NCBI RefSeq assembly: GCF_030384885.1
Contig: NZ_CP128613.1
DNA length: 64,000 nt
Source of the DNA: Escherichia coli
Lineage (GTDB): Bacteria > Pseudomonadota > Gammaproteobacteria > Enterobacterales > Enterobacteriaceae
Strand: one strand, 5' to 3'
Of this stretch, positions 32,035 to 45,748 are shown piece after piece. The translations under genes were made by a program, and so were the position numbers. The stretch's first letter is position 1. The number at the start of each line of letters is the position of its first letter. Under the pieces are notes generated by a model that saw only the letters and a program-made list of their open reading frames with translations, ran no database searches and had not been told where the DNA came from.

Positions 32035-34494
32035 ATGGACACCGTGAATATTTATCGACTCTCTTTTGTATCCTGCCTGGTCATGGCGATGCCTTCCGCC
32101 ATGGCGGTTGAATTCAACCTGAATGTCCTCGACAAATCGATGCGTGAGCGCATTGATATTTCATTATTAAAGGAAAAAGGTGTCATTGCTCCCGGTGAAT
32201 ATTTTGTCAGCGTTGCGGTAAATAATAACCAAATTAGTAATGGGCAAAAAATTAACTGGCAAAAAAAGGGTGACACTACCATTCCGTGCATCAATGATTT
32301 ATTGGTCGATAAGTTTGGCTTAAAACCCGAAGTCCGTCAGTCGTTACCTCTGATTAATCAGTGCGTCGATTTTAGCTCCCGACCAGAAATGCTCTTCAAT
32401 TTTGATCAGGCCAGTCAGCAACTGAATATCACCATCCCACAGGCCTGGCTGGCGTGGCAGTCAGATAACTGGACTCCACCCTCCACATGGAAAGAAGGTG
32501 TCCCCGGTGTCCTGATGGATTACAACTTGTTTGCCAGCAGCTACCGCCCACAGGATGGTAGCAACAGCACTAACCTGAACGCCTATGGAACAGCCGGAAT
32601 TAACGCGGGAGCATGGCGTTTACGCAGTGATTACCAATTGAATCAGACCGATAGCGATGATAACCATGAACAGTCAGGCGAAATATCACGCACCTATCTT
32701 TTTCGTCCATTACCGCAATTAGGTTCAAAATTAACCCTTGGTGAAACGGATTTCAGTTCCAATATTTTCGACGGCTTTTCTTATACCGGCGCGGCACTGG
32801 CGAGTGACGACCGGATGTTACCGTGGGAACTGCGCGGCTACGCTCCACAAATTAGCGGTATTGCACAAACCAATGCCACGGTGACGATCAGTCAATCAGG
32901 CCGCGTCATCTACCAGAAAAAAGTCCCGCCAGGCCCGTTTATCATTGATGACCTTAATCAGTCCGTCCAGGGTACGTTGGATGTCAAAGTGACGGAAGAA
33001 GATGGTCGGGTGAACAATTTCCAGGTTTCGGCAGCATCGACGCCTTTCCTTACGCGCCAGGGGCAGGTTCGCTATAAACTTGCTGCCGGTCAGCCGCGAA
33101 CATCTATGTCTCATCAAACTGAAAATGAAACCTTTTTTAGCAATGAAGTTTCCTGGGGGATGCTGTCAAATACCTCGCTGTACGGCGGCCTGCTGATTTC
33201 GGGTGATGACTACCATTCTGCCGCAATGGGTATCGGGCAAAATATGCTCTGGCTTGGTGCATTGTCGTTTGATGTCACCTGGGCCAGTAGTCAGTTTGAT
33301 ACTCAGCAGGACGAGCGGGGCTTAAGTTACCGCTTTAATTACAGCAAACAAGTGGATGCCACTAACAGCACGATTTCGCTCGCCGCTTATCGCTTCTCAG
33401 ATCGTCATTTTCACAGCTACGCCAACTATCTGGATCACAAATACAACGACAACGATGCGCAGGACGAAAAACAGACGATCAGCTTATCCGTGGGGCAACC
33501 GATTACCCCACTGAACCTCAATCTGTACGCCAACCTGCTGCATCAAACCTGGTGGAATGCAGACGCCTCCACGACCGCCAACATCACGGCGGGTTTTAAT
33601 GTTGATATTGGTAACTGGAGAGATATCTCGATCTCGACGTCATTCAATACAACCCATTACGAAGATAAAGATCGCGACAACCAGATTTACCTGTCGATTT
33701 CGCTTCCCTTCGGTAACGGTGGTCGGGTCGGTTATGACATGCAAAACAGTAGCCACAGCACCACACACCGCATGTCGTGGAACGATACGCTGGATGAACG
33801 AAATAGCTGGGGGATGTCTGCTGGACTACAATCCGACCGTCCGGACAATGGAGCCCAGGTGAGCGGTAACTATCAGCACCTGAGTTCAGCGGGTGAGTGG
33901 GATCTTTCTGGTACTTATGCTGCCAATGACTACAGTTCTGTTAGCAGCAGCTGGAGTGGTTCTTTCACGGCGACGCAATATGGTGCAGCCTTCCATCGCC
34001 GCAGCTCCACCAATGAACCACGCCTGATGGTCAGCACCGATGGCGTGGCAGATATTCCGGTTCAGGGCAATCTCGACTACACCAACCATTTTGGCATTGC
34101 AGTGGTACCGCTGGTTTCCAGTTATCAACCTTCCACCGTGGCCGTGAACATGAACGACTTACCCGACGGCGTGACGGTGACAGAAAACGTCATCAAAGAA
34201 ACGTGGATTGAAGGCGCAATAGGTTACAAATCACTGGCATCCCGTTCCGGTAAAGACATTAACGTTATCATTCGCAACGCCAGCGGTCAGTTCCCTCCCC
34301 TCGGTGCGGATATCCGTCAGGATGGCAGCAGCATTAGCGTGGGGATGGTTGGCGAGGAAGGACACGCCTGGTTAAGCGGAGTCGCTGAAAATCAAAAGTT
34401 TACCGTGGTCTGGGGTGATAGTCAGCGTTGCTCGATCCATCTTCCTGAACATATGGAAGACACCGCAAATCGCCTGATTTTACCTTGTCATTAA
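32035..34494 (+). CDS. ybgQ: Fimbrial outer-membrane usher protein
   Basis: About 819-aa ORF with signal sequence and usher-like beta-barrel composition; start taken at MDTVNIYRLSF. Confidence 0.85.
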   Translation: MDTVNIYRLSFVSCLVMAMPSAMAVEFNLNVLDKSMRERIDISLLKEKGVIAPGEYFVSVAVNNNQISNGQKINWQKKGDTTIPCINDLLVDKFGLKPEVRQSLPLINQCVDFSSRPEMLFNFDQASQQLNITIPQAWLAWQSDNWTPPSTWKEGVPGVLMDYNLFASSYRPQDGSNSTNLNAYGTAGINAGAWRLRSDYQLNQTDSDDNHEQSGEISRTYLFRPLPQLGSKLTLGETDFSSNIFDGFSYTGAALASDDRMLPWELRGYAPQISGIAQTNATVTISQSGRVIYQKKVPPGPFIIDDLNQSVQGTLDVKVTEEDGRVNNFQVSAASTPFLTRQGQVRYKLAAGQPRTSMSHQTENETFFSNEVSWGMLSNTSLYGGLLISGDDYHSAAMGIGQNMLWLGALSFDVTWASSQFDTQQDERGLSYRFNYSKQVDATNSTISLAAYRFSDRHFHSYANYLDHKYNDNDAQDEKQTISLSVGQPITPLNLNLYANLLHQTWWNADASTTANITAGFNVDIGNWRDISISTSFNTTHYEDKDRDNQIYLSISLPFGNGGRVGYDMQNSSHSTTHRMSWNDTLDERNSWGMSAGLQSDRPDNGAQVSGNYQHLSSAGEWDLSGTYAANDYSSVSSSWSGSFTATQYGAAFHRRSSTNEPRLMVSTDGVADIPVQGNLDYTNHFGIAVVPLVSSYQPSTVAVNMNDLPDGVTVTENVIKETWIEGAIGYKSLASRSGKDINVIIRNASGQFPPLGADIRQDGSSISVGMVGEEGHAWLSGVAENQKFTVVWGDSQRCSIHLPEHMEDTANRLILPCH

Positions 34495-34508
34495 TTAAGG
34501 AAATGAAA

Positions 34509-35240
34509 ATGACATTTATGAAAGGACTTCCCCTTTTGTTGTTGGTTACCAGTCTGTGTAGCCACGCTGCACTACAACCCGACCGCACTCGCATTGTGTT
34601 TAACGCTAATGATAAAGCTACCAGTCTGCGAGTAGATAATCGTAGCGATAAACTCCCCTACCTCGCTTATTCCTGGCTCGAAAATGAAAAAGGGGAGAAA
34701 AGCGACGATCTTCTGGTCGCCCTGCCACCGATACAACGTCTGGAACCGAAAGCAACAACGCAGGTGCGGATAGTCAAGCAAGCCTCGACCGCGAAATTAC
34801 CGGGCGATCGCGAAACGCTATTTTTCTACAATATGCGTGAAATTCCTCCCGCCCCGGAAAAAAACAGCGACCATGCCGTTCTGCAAGTCGCCATCCAGAG
34901 CCGTATCAAGGTGTTCTGGCGACCGTCTGCATTACGCAAGAAAGCAGGAGAAAAGGTCGAACTGCAGTTACAGGTCAGCCAGCAGGGCAATCAGCTTAGC
35001 TTAAAAAACCCTACTGGCTATTATCTGACCATCGCGTATCTTGGGCGAAATGAGCAAAGCGTTCTCCCGGGCTTCAAAACTGTGATGATTGCGCCTTTTA
35101 GTACAGTAAGCACAACCACTGGAAATTATAGTGGCAGCCAGTTTTATCTCGGTTATATGGATGATTATGGCGCATTACGCATGACAACGCTCAACTGTAA
35201 CGGGCAATGCCGTTTACAGGCTGTGGAGGCGAAGAAATGA
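34509..35240 (+). CDS. ybgP: Fimbrial periplasmic chaperone (PapD-like)
   Basis: About 243-aa ORF with signal peptide and chaperone-like N-terminal region [17 protein letters not shown]; AAGGA Shine-Dalgarno before the ATG at 34509. Confidence 0.85.
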   Translation: MTFMKGLPLLLLVTSLCSHAALQPDRTRIVFNANDKATSLRVDNRSDKLPYLAYSWLENEKGEKSDDLLVALPPIQRLEPKATTQVRIVKQASTAKLPGDRETLFFYNMREIPPAPEKNSDHAVLQVAIQSRIKVFWRPSALRKKAGEKVELQLQVSQQGNQLSLKNPTGYYLTIAYLGRNEQSVLPGFKTVMIAPFSTVSTTTGNYSGSQFYLGYMDDYGALRMTTLNCNGQCRLQAVEAKK

Positions 35241-36298
35241 GTGCTGGCAAGGGATTGTTGCTCATCATCTGTCTGTTATTTCTACCGTTAAAATCTGCGC
35301 TTGCCCTGAACTGTTACTTTGGTTCATCCGGTGGTTCGGTAGAAAAATCGGAATCTATTCAACCATTTGCTGTACCAGGGAATGCCAAACCCGGCGATAA
35401 GATCTGGGAGTCTGACGATATTAAAATTTCCGTCTATTGTGACAACAATACCAACGGCAACTTTGAGAGCGAGCATGTCTACGCCTGGGTAAACCCGTAC
35501 CCGGGAATTCAGGATCGCTATTATCAACTCGGCGTAACTTACAATGGTGTTGATTATGATGCTAACCAGGGAAAAAGCCGCATCGACACTAACCAGTGCA
35601 TCGACAGCAAAAACATTAATATTTATACCCCTGAGCAGATCATCGCGATGGGATGGCAGAACAAAATTTGCTCTGGTGATCCCAATAATATTCATATGTC
35701 GCGTACGTTTCTCGCTCGCATACGGTTATACGTCAAGATACGAGAGATACCGCCGCATGATTATCAAAGCACGCTCAGCGATTACATTGTGGTGCAATTT
35801 GATGGCGAAGGAAGCGTTAATGAGGACCCTACCGCCCAAAACCTGAAATATCATATTACCGGTCTGGAAAACATTCGGGTATTGGATTGCAGCGTCAATT
35901 TTTCTATTACCCCAGCCAACCAGGTCATTGATTTTGGTAAATTTAATGTACTGGATATCCGGCGACACAACATGACAAAAACATTCGGTATTAAAACGAC
36001 AAAATCACAAAACGATCAATGTACCGACGGATTCAAAGTCAGCTCTTCGTTTTATACCGAAGAAACGCTGGTTGAAGAAGATAAAGCATTGCTGATTGGC
36101 AATGGTCTGAAGCTACGTTTACTGGATGAAAACGCCTCGCCCTATACCTTCAACAAATACAGCGAATATGCCGACTTCACCAGTGACATGCTGATCTACG
36201 AAAAAACCTATACGGCTGAACTTTCGTCTATTCCCGGCACTCCCATTGAGGCTGGCTCCTTCGATACCGTGGTGCTTTTTAAGATTAACTATAACTAA
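35237..36298 (+). CDS. ybgO: Fimbrial adhesin-like protein
   Basis: 353-aa ORF with signal peptide [23 protein letters not shown]; GGAGG Shine-Dalgarno upstream; ATGA overlap with the chaperone stop. Confidence 0.8.
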   Translation: MSAGKGLLLIICLLFLPLKSALALNCYFGSSGGSVEKSESIQPFAVPGNAKPGDKIWESDDIKISVYCDNNTNGNFESEHVYAWVNPYPGIQDRYYQLGVTYNGVDYDANQGKSRIDTNQCIDSKNINIYTPEQIIAMGWQNKICSGDPNNIHMSRTFLARIRLYVKIREIPPHDYQSTLSDYIVVQFDGEGSVNEDPTAQNLKYHITGLENIRVLDCSVNFSITPANQVIDFGKFNVLDIRRHNMTKTFGIKTTKSQNDQCTDGFKVSSSFYTEETLVEEDKALLIGNGLKLRLLDENASPYTFNKYSEYADFTSDMLIYEKTYTAELSSIPGTPIEAGSFDTVVLFKINYN

Positions 36299-36448
36299 TT
36301 TCCCATGATGCCCTTTGCAACCGAAAGGGCATCTCTTTCAGAAAATTGCTGATTTTCCCCTTTTCCTTGATTGCTGTTATTTTTTCCTGGCCCGGCTTTC
36401 TTTATGCTGTATCGATACACCAAAGAGAAAATAATGAGGAAGCGAAGG

Positions 36449-37495
36449 ATGCCAGTTTTGCAGTGGGGAATGTTATGTGTGCTTTCACTTCTCCTTTCTA
36501 TTGGCTTCCTCGCGGTACATCTTCCGGCGGCACTATTACTTGGGCCAATGATCGCCGGAATCATCTTTAGTATGCGCGGAATTACTCTGCAACTTCCCCG
36601 ATCCGCTTTTCTCGCCGCCCAAGCCATTCTTGGCTGCATGATTGCGCAAAACCTCACTGGTTCGATTCTCACCACGCTAGCCGTTAACTGGCCGATTGTG
36701 CTAGCCATTTTACTCGTGACGTTACTTTCCAGCGCCATCGTGGGTTGGTTATTGGTGCGCTATAGCTCACTGCCTGGAAATACCGGTGCCTGGGGTTCTT
36801 CTCCTGGCGGCGCGGCGGCAATGGTCGCTATGGCGCAAGATTACGGCGCAGATATTCGCCTGGTGGCATTTATGCAATATCTGCGAGTGCTGTTCGTCGC
36901 GGGGGCCGCTGTTCTGGTCACCCGCATGATGCTGGGCGATAACGCTGAAGCGGTTAACCAGCAGATCGTCTGGTTCCCGCCAGTGAGCATTAATCTCCTG
37001 CTTACGATTTTGCTCGCGGTCGTTGCCGGTACGGCGGGATGCTTGCTACGTCTTCCTTCCGGCACGATGCTCATCCCGATGCTGGCGGGCGCAGTGCTCC
37101 AGTCTGGTCAGCTCATCACCATCGAACTACCAGAATGGCTGCTGGCGATGGCGTATATGGCAATTGGCTGGCGGATTGGTCTTGGTTTCGATAAGCAAAT
37201 CTTACTGCGGGCATTGCGCCCGCTGCCACAAATCTTGCTGTCGATTTTTGCTCTGCTGGCTATTTGTGCAGGTATGGCGTGGGGACTGACCCGGTTTATG
37301 CATATTGATTTTATGACTGCCTACCTCGCCACCAGTCCCGGCGGGCTTGATACCGTGGCGGTCATCGCCGCAGGGAGCAATGCCGATATGGCGCTTATTA
37401 TGGCGATGCAAACCCTACGCCTGTTCAGTATTTTGCTGACGGGGCCAGCCATTGCGCGGTTTATTTCAACCTATGCGCCGAAGCGGTCGGCCTAG
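36449..37495 (+). CDS. abrB: AbrB/YbgN family membrane protein (putative regulator of aidB expression)
   Basis: [37 protein letters not shown]... polytopic membrane protein; start chosen at MPVLQ. Confidence 0.85.
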   Translation: MPVLQWGMLCVLSLLLSIGFLAVHLPAALLLGPMIAGIIFSMRGITLQLPRSAFLAAQAILGCMIAQNLTGSILTTLAVNWPIVLAILLVTLLSSAIVGWLLVRYSSLPGNTGAWGSSPGGAAAMVAMAQDYGADIRLVAFMQYLRVLFVAGAAVLVTRMMLGDNAEAVNQQIVWFPPVSINLLLTILLAVVAGTAGCLLRLPSGTMLIPMLAGAVLQSGQLITIELPEWLLAMAYMAIGWRIGLGFDKQILLRALRPLPQILLSIFALLAICAGMAWGLTRFMHIDFMTAYLATSPGGLDTVAVIAAGSNADMALIMAMQTLRLFSILLTGPAIARFISTYAPKRSA

Positions 37496-38283
37496 TGCTG
37501 GCAGCCTGGACACCAGTAAAACGGGCGCGAGGACAACGTGGTTTTCTCAATGATGCTGCCACAACGTTCGCACGGTTCGCCATCACGATGAAAAACCTTA
37601 AAGCGAAACAGCGCCCCATGATGTTTATTCTCATCCACCTGCCCCCGCGTAGCGTAAGAAAGTCGAGGAATCTCCAGTAACGCGTGTGCGAGTGCATCCA
37701 GTTGCGCCGCATTGAGATCTTTCGCTTTATGATTGCCGGTTAACCCCACCTGCCAGAGGATCTCCACCCGCAAATAATTGCCAAGCCCAGCCAGAAACGC
37801 CTGATCGAGTAGTAATCCAGCAAACTGACGGTTACGAAAGCGCGGCGACAATAACCGTTCTTTCGCCACCTCCGGCGTCAGTTTCGGATCCAGCACATCG
37901 GGGCCAACGCGTTGTAAAAACGGATGCGTGGTCAGTTGTTCCGGGGTCAACATCTCAATATCCGAGGCGCTATAAAGCAGAATGGTTTTGTCAGCCGTTT
38001 GCAGTTTTACCCGCAATACTCGCGTGGTCTGCGGCTCTTCGCCGGTATCAACCACGCGCCAGACGCCGTAAAGCTGATTATGGCTGTAGAGCGTTAACCC
38101 GTTGGAAAAATGAGTTAACAACGCCTTACCTCGCGTTTCCACATGGGTAACGTGTTGACCGATAAGTTGTGATTGATAAGGTTTTAACTGCGGGAAGGCA
38201 AACCAGACATCAGTTAGAGGTTTGCCTTTGATCGCCGCCTCCAGGTTATCCGCTGCGCGGCGGATTTCCGGGCCTTCAGGCAT
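37492..38283 (-). CDS. nei: Endonuclease VIII (DNA glycosylase/AP lyase)
   Basis: [23 protein letters not shown]... with C-terminal zinc finger [26 protein letters not shown]; true start 76 codons inside the track ORF. Confidence 0.95.
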   Translation of the reverse strand: MPEGPEIRRAADNLEAAIKGKPLTDVWFAFPQLKPYQSQLIGQHVTHVETRGKALLTHFSNGLTLYSHNQLYGVWRVVDTGEEPQTTRVLRVKLQTADKTILLYSASDIEMLTPEQLTTHPFLQRVGPDVLDPKLTPEVAKERLLSPRFRNRQFAGLLLDQAFLAGLGNYLRVEILWQVGLTGNHKAKDLNAAQLDALAHALLEIPRLSYATRGQVDENKHHGALFRFKVFHRDGEPCERCGSIIEKTTLSSRPFYWCPGCQH

Positions 38284-38317
38284 GGTGATATCCTTTTTTT
38301 GTTCTTTTTTTGCGGGA

Positions 38318-39052
38318 TTATGCTGCGACAACAATCCCCTTTTTGGTAAATGTAGAGCGTAGTCGGCGGGCGAACGCCAGTGCGTGCTCGCCGTCGCCAT
38401 GCAGACAGACAGTCTGCACCGTGACCGTCGCCCATTCGCCGGTGATACTTTTGACTCTGCCGTGTTGCACCATCTCCAGCGTCTGCGCCAGCGCCTGTTC
38501 TTCGTTTTCAATCAACGCGCCAGGCTGACTTCGCGGTACCAGTGAGCCGTCAGCCTGATATCCGCGATCGGCAAATACTTCCTCGCGCGTTGTCAGGCCA
38601 TATTGCTTGCCTGCACGAATCAGCTCGCTTCCCGCCAGCCCGACGAGAATCAATGCCGGATCGCAAGCGTAAACTGCTCTGGCAATGGCGTCTGCCAGTT
38701 GTGCGTCTTTCGCCGCCTGGTTGTATAACATGCCGTGCGGTTTGACATGACGCATCACGCCGCCTTGCGCGCGAGCAATAGCGGCCAGCGCACCAATTTG
38801 ATACAGCGTTTGGGCGTAAACGGTTTCCGGCGGCAATTGCATGGCGCTACGGCCAAAATGTTCCCTGTCCGGAAAGCTCGGGTGAGCGCCAATGGCGACA
38901 CCATTTTGTATGGCATCACGCACGCAAGCCTGCATGGTTTGTGCATCGCCTGCATGAAATCCACAGGCAATATTGGCTGAGGAAACCAGCGTTAATAGCT
39001 CTGCGTCGCTGACACAGCCTTCGCCCAGATCGGCGTTCAGGTCAATTTTCAT
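38318..39052 (-). CDS. pxpA: 5-Oxoprolinase subunit A (LamB/YcsF family)
   Basis: 244-aa [39 protein letters not shown]... Confidence 0.93.
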   Translation of the reverse strand: MKIDLNADLGEGCVSDAELLTLVSSANIACGFHAGDAQTMQACVRDAIQNGVAIGAHPSFPDREHFGRSAMQLPPETVYAQTLYQIGALAAIARAQGGVMRHVKPHGMLYNQAAKDAQLADAIARAVYACDPALILVGLAGSELIRAGKQYGLTTREEVFADRGYQADGSLVPRSQPGALIENEEQALAQTLEMVQHGRVKSITGEWATVTVQTVCLHGDGEHALAFARRLRSTFTKKGIVVAA

Positions 39053-39974
39053 TGTGCAGCCGCCACGCTAATTGTTCGAAATAACGTTGCTGATCTTGCC
39101 GTGCTTTCAGTGCCTCTTCCAGTGAACACTGGACAAAATGAATCGGCTGACCGAGCGGAATTTGCGCCAGATGGTACATATCAGCCTCAATGATACAGGC
39201 AATACGCGGATAACCACCGGTGGTCTGTGCGTCGTTCATCAATACAATCGGCTGCCCGTTATGCGGCACCTGCACCACGCCCGGCAACAAACCATGAGAT
39301 AACAGTTCGCGATCGGTGGTGCGTTTTAAGATTTGCCCCTGTAGGCGATAGCCCATCCGGTTACTTTGCGGGCTAAGCTGCCAGGGCGAACGCCAGAATG
39401 CATCCTGCGAGGCGCGATCGAACTCATGATATTCCGGCCCCGGCAAGGCGCGAATGCGGTTGCCCCACAGCAGCTGTTTAACGCCCTGCGCTTCCATAAA
39501 ATCACGCTTCGATTTACCCATCGGGAGTCGGTCACCATCCTTCAGTAAACGGCCTTCCAGCCCACCAATCCCCACTTTGAGATCGGTACTGCATGACCCC
39601 ATTACCGGCGGAACATCAATACCACCCGCGACCGCCAGATAACTGCGCATCCCGTGCTGCGGGCGTTTAAGCGTTAAACGCTGGCCTGCTTTCATCGGCA
39701 ATCGCCAGCCAGTCCAGACGGCATTATCATCCAGCCGCGCTTCGCAACCTGCCCCCGTCAGGGCAAACCAACCATCAGTTTCGAACTCTACCGTTAACTG
39801 ACCGAGCGTTATCTCCAGCGCGGGGGCATTGGCGTCATTACCCACCAGCAGGTTAGCAATGCGTAACGCAGGCATATCCAGTGCGCCGCAGTGGCTGATA
39901 CCCGACTGGCGAAAACCGTGACGACCGCCATCCTGCACAGTAGTATACATGCCCGCACGAATAATCTTCAGCAT
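39042..39974 (-). CDS. pxpC: 5-Oxoprolinase subunit C (allophanate hydrolase subunit 2-like)
   Basis: 310-aa ORF overlapping pxpA and pxpB in the ybgIJKL operon order. Confidence 0.9.
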   Translation of the reverse strand: MLKIIRAGMYTTVQDGGRHGFRQSGISHCGALDMPALRIANLLVGNDANAPALEITLGQLTVEFETDGWFALTGAGCEARLDDNAVWTGWRLPMKAGQRLTLKRPQHGMRSYLAVAGGIDVPPVMGSCSTDLKVGIGGLEGRLLKDGDRLPMGKSKRDFMEAQGVKQLLWGNRIRALPGPEYHEFDRASQDAFWRSPWQLSPQSNRMGYRLQGQILKRTTDRELLSHGLLPGVVQVPHNGQPIVLMNDAQTTGGYPRIACIIEADMYHLAQIPLGQPIHFVQCSLEEALKARQDQQRYFEQLAWRLHNEN

Positions 39975-40624
39975 ACTCCCTCCTTCTGCGGTACAAAGCG
40001 CACGCTGTCTCCCGGACGTAATAAGATGGGTTCGTCACGCGCCGGATCAAACAGGCTGAGTGAGGTATGACCAATCAACTGCCAGCCGCCCGGCGTTGCC
40101 AGCGGATAAACACCGGTCTGCGGCCCGCCGATCCCGACAGAACCTGCCGGAACGAGCAAGCGCGGTTCAGCGCGCCGTGGCGTGTGTAGTTGTTCCGGCA
40201 AACTCCCGAGATACGGGAAGCCCGGTTGAAAACCTAAAAACCAGACCACGTATTCCACAGAGGAGTGCAATTCAACAACCTGTTTTTCGCTCAATCCACA
40301 ATGCGCCGCGACCACCGCCAAATCCGGTCCGCCTGCGCCACCGTAAACCACCGGAATTTCAATAAAACGAGACTCCGGCTCCAGCGCCTCACTCTCCTCC
40401 CACCAGCGTTGCAAACGCTCTATGGCATCCAGCGCCAGCGACTCAGGATTACGTAAAATCACCGTGATATTGTTCATGCCGGGAATGGCTTCAACCACAT
40501 TCGGCATATCCACCAGACGCTGCGCCAGTCGCCGGATACGTTTCTGGCTAGCCAGCGTCACCGGCGGTTCCAGCTCCAGCACTACCGCCGTTTCACCTAT
40601 CAGATAACAACGCGCTCGTTGCAC
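39968..40624 (-). CDS. pxpB: 5-Oxoprolinase subunit B (allophanate hydrolase subunit 1-like)
   Basis: 218-aa ORF; operon position. Confidence 0.9.
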   Translation of the reverse strand: MQRARCYLIGETAVVLELEPPVTLASQKRIRRLAQRLVDMPNVVEAIPGMNNITVILRNPESLALDAIERLQRWWEESEALEPESRFIEIPVVYGGAGGPDLAVVAAHCGLSEKQVVELHSSVEYVVWFLGFQPGFPYLGSLPEQLHTPRRAEPRLLVPAGSVGIGGPQTGVYPLATPGGWQLIGHTSLSLFDPARDEPILLRPGDSVRFVPQKEGVC

Positions 40625-40646
40625 TTTCGATCCCTCTGATTATTCG

Positions 40647-41390
40647 TTATGCAGGATTAGGAATATCAATAAAGGTCACATCAAGATCGGTATTTTCATT
40701 CAGCCACTCGCTCAATGCGCGAATACCACCGCGTTCAGTGGCATGGTGACCCGCAGCATAAAAATGCAATCCCTGCTCGCGGGCTGAATGAATGGTCTGT
40801 TCAGAAACTTCGCCAGTAATAAAAGCATCCACGCCAAAACGCGCGGCGCTATCGATAAAACTCTGCCCGCCGCCCGTGCACCAGGCGACGCGCTGAACCA
40901 CCTCAGGTCCGGTATCGCCACACCATAACGGCTTACGTCCCAGACGCGCTTCAATCCAGGAAGCCAGCTCCAGTCCCGGCACAGGCATGGTCAGTTCGCC
41001 CCACGGCACCAACGGCTCAATTTCGCCCATGACCGTGATCCCCAGTATCGCCGCCAGCTGTGCGTTATTGCCCAGCTCTGGATGTGCGTCAAGCGGCAAA
41101 TGCCAGCCATACAGGTTGATATCATTCACCAGCAACGTTTTTAAACGGTTACGCTTCATGCCGCGAATTACCGGGGATTCGCCTTTCCAGAAGTAGCCAT
41201 GATGCACAATGACCGCATCCGCGCCCAGACGCACCGCTTCATCGAGCAGCGCCTGGCTGGCGGTGACACCGGTAACAATTTTTTGCACCGTCTCTTTGCC
41301 TTCTACCTGCAAACCATTCGGCGCGTAATCACTTATGGCCGCGCTGTTCAGTTTCTCGTTAATCAGTTGTTCCAGTTCGGTGTTTTTCAT
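40647..41390 (-). CDS. ybgI: GTP cyclohydrolase 1 type 2 / NIF3-family metal-binding protein
   Basis: 247-aa ORF MKNTELEQLINEKLNSAAISDYAPNGLQVEG... Confidence 0.92.
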   Translation of the reverse strand: MKNTELEQLINEKLNSAAISDYAPNGLQVEGKETVQKIVTGVTASQALLDEAVRLGADAVIVHHGYFWKGESPVIRGMKRNRLKTLLVNDINLYGWHLPLDAHPELGNNAQLAAILGITVMGEIEPLVPWGELTMPVPGLELASWIEARLGRKPLWCGDTGPEVVQRVAWCTGGGQSFIDSAARFGVDAFITGEVSEQTIHSAREQGLHFYAAGHHATERGGIRALSEWLNENTDLDVTFIDIPNPA

Positions 41391-41477
41391 CTTCGCGCCT
41401 TCCGTATTCTGATAGCTATACCGTTAACATAGCGTTACCTCGCCTGTTCGTCGATAGCCAATCTTTTGACATATTAA

Positions 41478-43142
<1,665 letters not shown>

Positions 43143-43157
43143 CAGGCCAGCACCGAT

Positions 43158-43290
43158 GCCTGATAAGACGCTTAATGCGTCTTATCAGGCCTGGATGTCC
43201 CTGCAATATATTGAATTTGCACTATTTGCCAGGCCGGAGAAGGTGTTCACGCAGTATCCGGCATCCGGGCAAGATTGCCTGACGCGTCTG
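43158..43290. repeat. REP/BIME cluster between dtpD and phr
   Basis: Palindromes gcctgataagacgcttaatgcgtcttatcaggcc and ccggcatccgggc / gcctgacgcgtc. Confidence 0.8.
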
Positions 43291-44709
43291 TTATTTCCCC
43301 TTCCTCGCCGCCTCATACGCTGCCAACGTTCGTACTCTCGCTTCTTTGTGATCGACTATCGGTTGCGGATAATCCAGCGTCACACCTGATTTATCTGCCC
43401 ACTTCCACGGTTCATGCACCGCTTTCCCTGGTACATCGCGCAGCTCCGGTAACCATCGGCGGATAAACTCACCTTCGCGATCAAATTTCTCGCCCTGGGT
43501 TGTCGGGTTAAAAATACGAAAATACGGCGCAGCATCGGTTCCGGTGGAGGCCGCCCATTGCCAGCCACCGTTATTGGCTGCCAAATCACCATCAATCAGC
43601 TGCGACATGAAATATCGCTCGCCTTCGCGCCAGTCGATCAATAAATCTTTCACCAGAAAACTGGCTGTAATCATCCGTAGCCGGTTATGCATCCAGCCAC
43701 TGCTATTAAGCTGACGCATGGCGGCATCAACAATTGGGTATCCCGTTTTGCCTTCCTGCCAGGCCTTTAAATGGGCGGGATTGCTTTGCCACTGTACGCG
43801 ATCGGTCCAGGCAATAAAGGGGCGATGCTTACACAGTGACGGGTGATACGTCATCAAATGACGGTAGAACTCGCGCCAGATCAGCTCATTAAGCCAGACG
43901 CTACCAGCCCCGCCATCCAGCGCTTGCGGCTGTTCCGCCAACAGGCGATGCAGACACTGGCGAGGCGATAACCCGCCCGTTGCCAGGCTGGCGGACAAAC
44001 GACTGGTGCCTTCCACTGCCGGAAAATCTCGTTGTTGCTCATACTCTCCGGCACCGTTCTGGCAAAACTGGCGTAATTGCGCAATCGCCGCTTTTTCTTC
44101 CACCGGGAAATGCGCAGTATCGAAAGACTGACGAGGATAATTCAGCGTAATGGATGGCGCGGGCTCTATCGATCCGCTACTACGAACTTTTGGTGCAGCG
44201 ACGCACTCCGGCCCCCCTTCTCGCAGCCGTTTCAGCCAGGCGTTTTTAAATGGCGTAAAGACTTTGTACATCTCATGATTGCCAGTCATCACCGCCCCCG
44301 GCGGCAGGATCACGCTGTCATCAAATCCTTCACACACCACGTTACGCAGCGTTCTCTCAACCTGCACATCCCGAGCCCGCTCATTCACCTCATACTGATA
44401 GTTATAAAACAGATGGGTAACACGATTTTCCGCGCACACCTGTTTAACTATTTCGACGCTGGCGGCAAAGTCATCCACTTCATGAAACAGCAAAGGAATG
44501 CCTTTTTCCGCCAGCGCGATTTGTAGCCCGTTCAGTTGTGCATTGATAAATTCAGCCTGACGCGGCGACATATTATGCGCCGCCCACTGGCGTGGTGTAG
44601 CGATATACAACGCCAGCACGCGTGCAGACGAATAGCGGCAAGCGGCCGCCAGCGCGAGATTATCATGCAGACGTAAATCCTGGCGAAACCAGACCAGATG
44701 GGTAGTCAT
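43291..44709 (-). CDS. phr: Deoxyribodipyrimidine photolyase
   Basis: 472-aa ORF MTTHLVWFRQDLRLHDNLALAAACR... Confidence 0.97.
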   Translation of the reverse strand: MTTHLVWFRQDLRLHDNLALAAACRYSSARVLALYIATPRQWAAHNMSPRQAEFINAQLNGLQIALAEKGIPLLFHEVDDFAASVEIVKQVCAENRVTHLFYNYQYEVNERARDVQVERTLRNVVCEGFDDSVILPPGAVMTGNHEMYKVFTPFKNAWLKRLREGGPECVAAPKVRSSGSIEPAPSITLNYPRQSFDTAHFPVEEKAAIAQLRQFCQNGAGEYEQQRDFPAVEGTSRLSASLATGGLSPRQCLHRLLAEQPQALDGGAGSVWLNELIWREFYRHLMTYHPSLCKHRPFIAWTDRVQWQSNPAHLKAWQEGKTGYPIVDAAMRQLNSSGWMHNRLRMITASFLVKDLLIDWREGERYFMSQLIDGDLAANNGGWQWAASTGTDAAPYFRIFNPTTQGEKFDREGEFIRRWLPELRDVPGKAVHEPWKWADKSGVTLDYPQPIVDHKEARVRTLAAYEAARKGK

Positions 44710-45215
44710 AAAACTCCTGCATGGCGCAAGTTAATCACCCGCGGCCAAAGTTCGAAATAACGCTGCTCTGAAAGCCAGGCGTCAGGATAAAGCGCCATAT
44801 AGTGTTTGATACGCATCAGCGGCGCAAGAAGCGGTTGCTCGCCACGGCGATAACTGTCGATAAGCGCCGCCAGCTGCTGGCGTTCTGTGGAATCAATATG
44901 TGGGCGAAAATATCCCTGAACGTGCATCAAAACATTGGTGTGGTCACGTCGGTTGGCGGGGTGAGAAAGCAAAACAATTACGCGTTGGCGGTACTGGTTG
45001 TAATAGTCATCCAGATTTTGCCACTGGTGAATATCAGCCACAAACGGGCCAAGTTTGCGGTATTCCGGCTGGGAATGAGCCAGAAAGACGAGTTTATAGC
45101 GGCTGTGATAATCGTTGAGCGCCCCGCGCGTTAAGCCTCGCTCTTTAAGACGGTGTAACTCATGCAAAGCAAAAATGCGGATAAGGGTGCTGTCATCAAA
45201 AAGTTGTTGATTCAT
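44706..45215 (-). CDS. ybgA: DUF1722-family protein YbgA
   Basis: 169-aa ORF overlapping the phr start (ATGA), as in the K-12 ybgA-phr operon. Confidence 0.9.
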   Translation of the reverse strand: MNQQLFDDSTLIRIFALHELHRLKERGLTRGALNDYHSRYKLVFLAHSQPEYRKLGPFVADIHQWQNLDDYYNQYRQRVIVLLSHPANRRDHTNVLMHVQGYFRPHIDSTERQQLAALIDSYRRGEQPLLAPLMRIKHYMALYPDAWLSEQRYFELWPRVINLRHAGVL

Positions 45216-45412
45216 TACTACTCCTGGGCGGTTTACAGGAGTAAGTGTAGACGGCGGTACTGAAAAAACGAAACGAATAAATGATAACAGTAAAAAAATT
45301 CAATTATTCATAATAAATTTCATGGTGGCAAGAAATAGTTTCTTTTCTTCATCGCTCATGGCAGCAACGTTTAACATGTTGTCATCAAAATTATTGATGA
45401 TATTTTTTAATT

Positions 45413-45748
45413 TCAGTAACTGCAAAGGAGAAAAATAGTCACTCCGATGAGATTACTCAATACCAGCAATAGCTCCCCATCATATAAATAGCCCACCATA
45501 AGATTAATCTCTATCATCTCAATTGCTTTTTGTACAGCAAGCGCCGGTAAGATATTCTGACGAAGCATTTTGGCAATATCATTTTCATCCAGTTCATCGG
45601 GTGTTTTATCTAATAAAGAATTATACCAGTTTATTAAACCACTTTTGAAAGCGAACGAATCATATTGCAGGTGATAAATCTGTTTTAGGGTTTCTTTATT
45701 TTTCAATTTATAGTGCCTTTGTTTGCTATAATTTTTCTGAAATAACAT
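45413..45748 (-). CDS. Hypothetical small protein (111 aa); possible immunity-type partner of the upstream gene
   Basis: AT-rich ORF whose start overlaps the stop of the upstream 155/186-aa ORF by 1 nt (translational coupling). Confidence 0.45.
   Translation of the reverse strand: MLFQKNYSKQRHYKLKNKETLKQIYHLQYDSFAFKSGLINWYNSLLDKTPDELDENDIAKMLRQNILPALAVQKAIEMIEINLMVGYLYDGELLLVLSNLIGVTIFLLCSY

Noticed and set aside
37492-38511. 339-aa reading of the nei ORF with a 76-codon N-terminal extension
   Set aside because: The extension is Arg/Trp-rich and unlike any protein; canonical Nei starts at MPEGPEIRR (ATG at 38283), so the extension is upstream read-through of the open frame.
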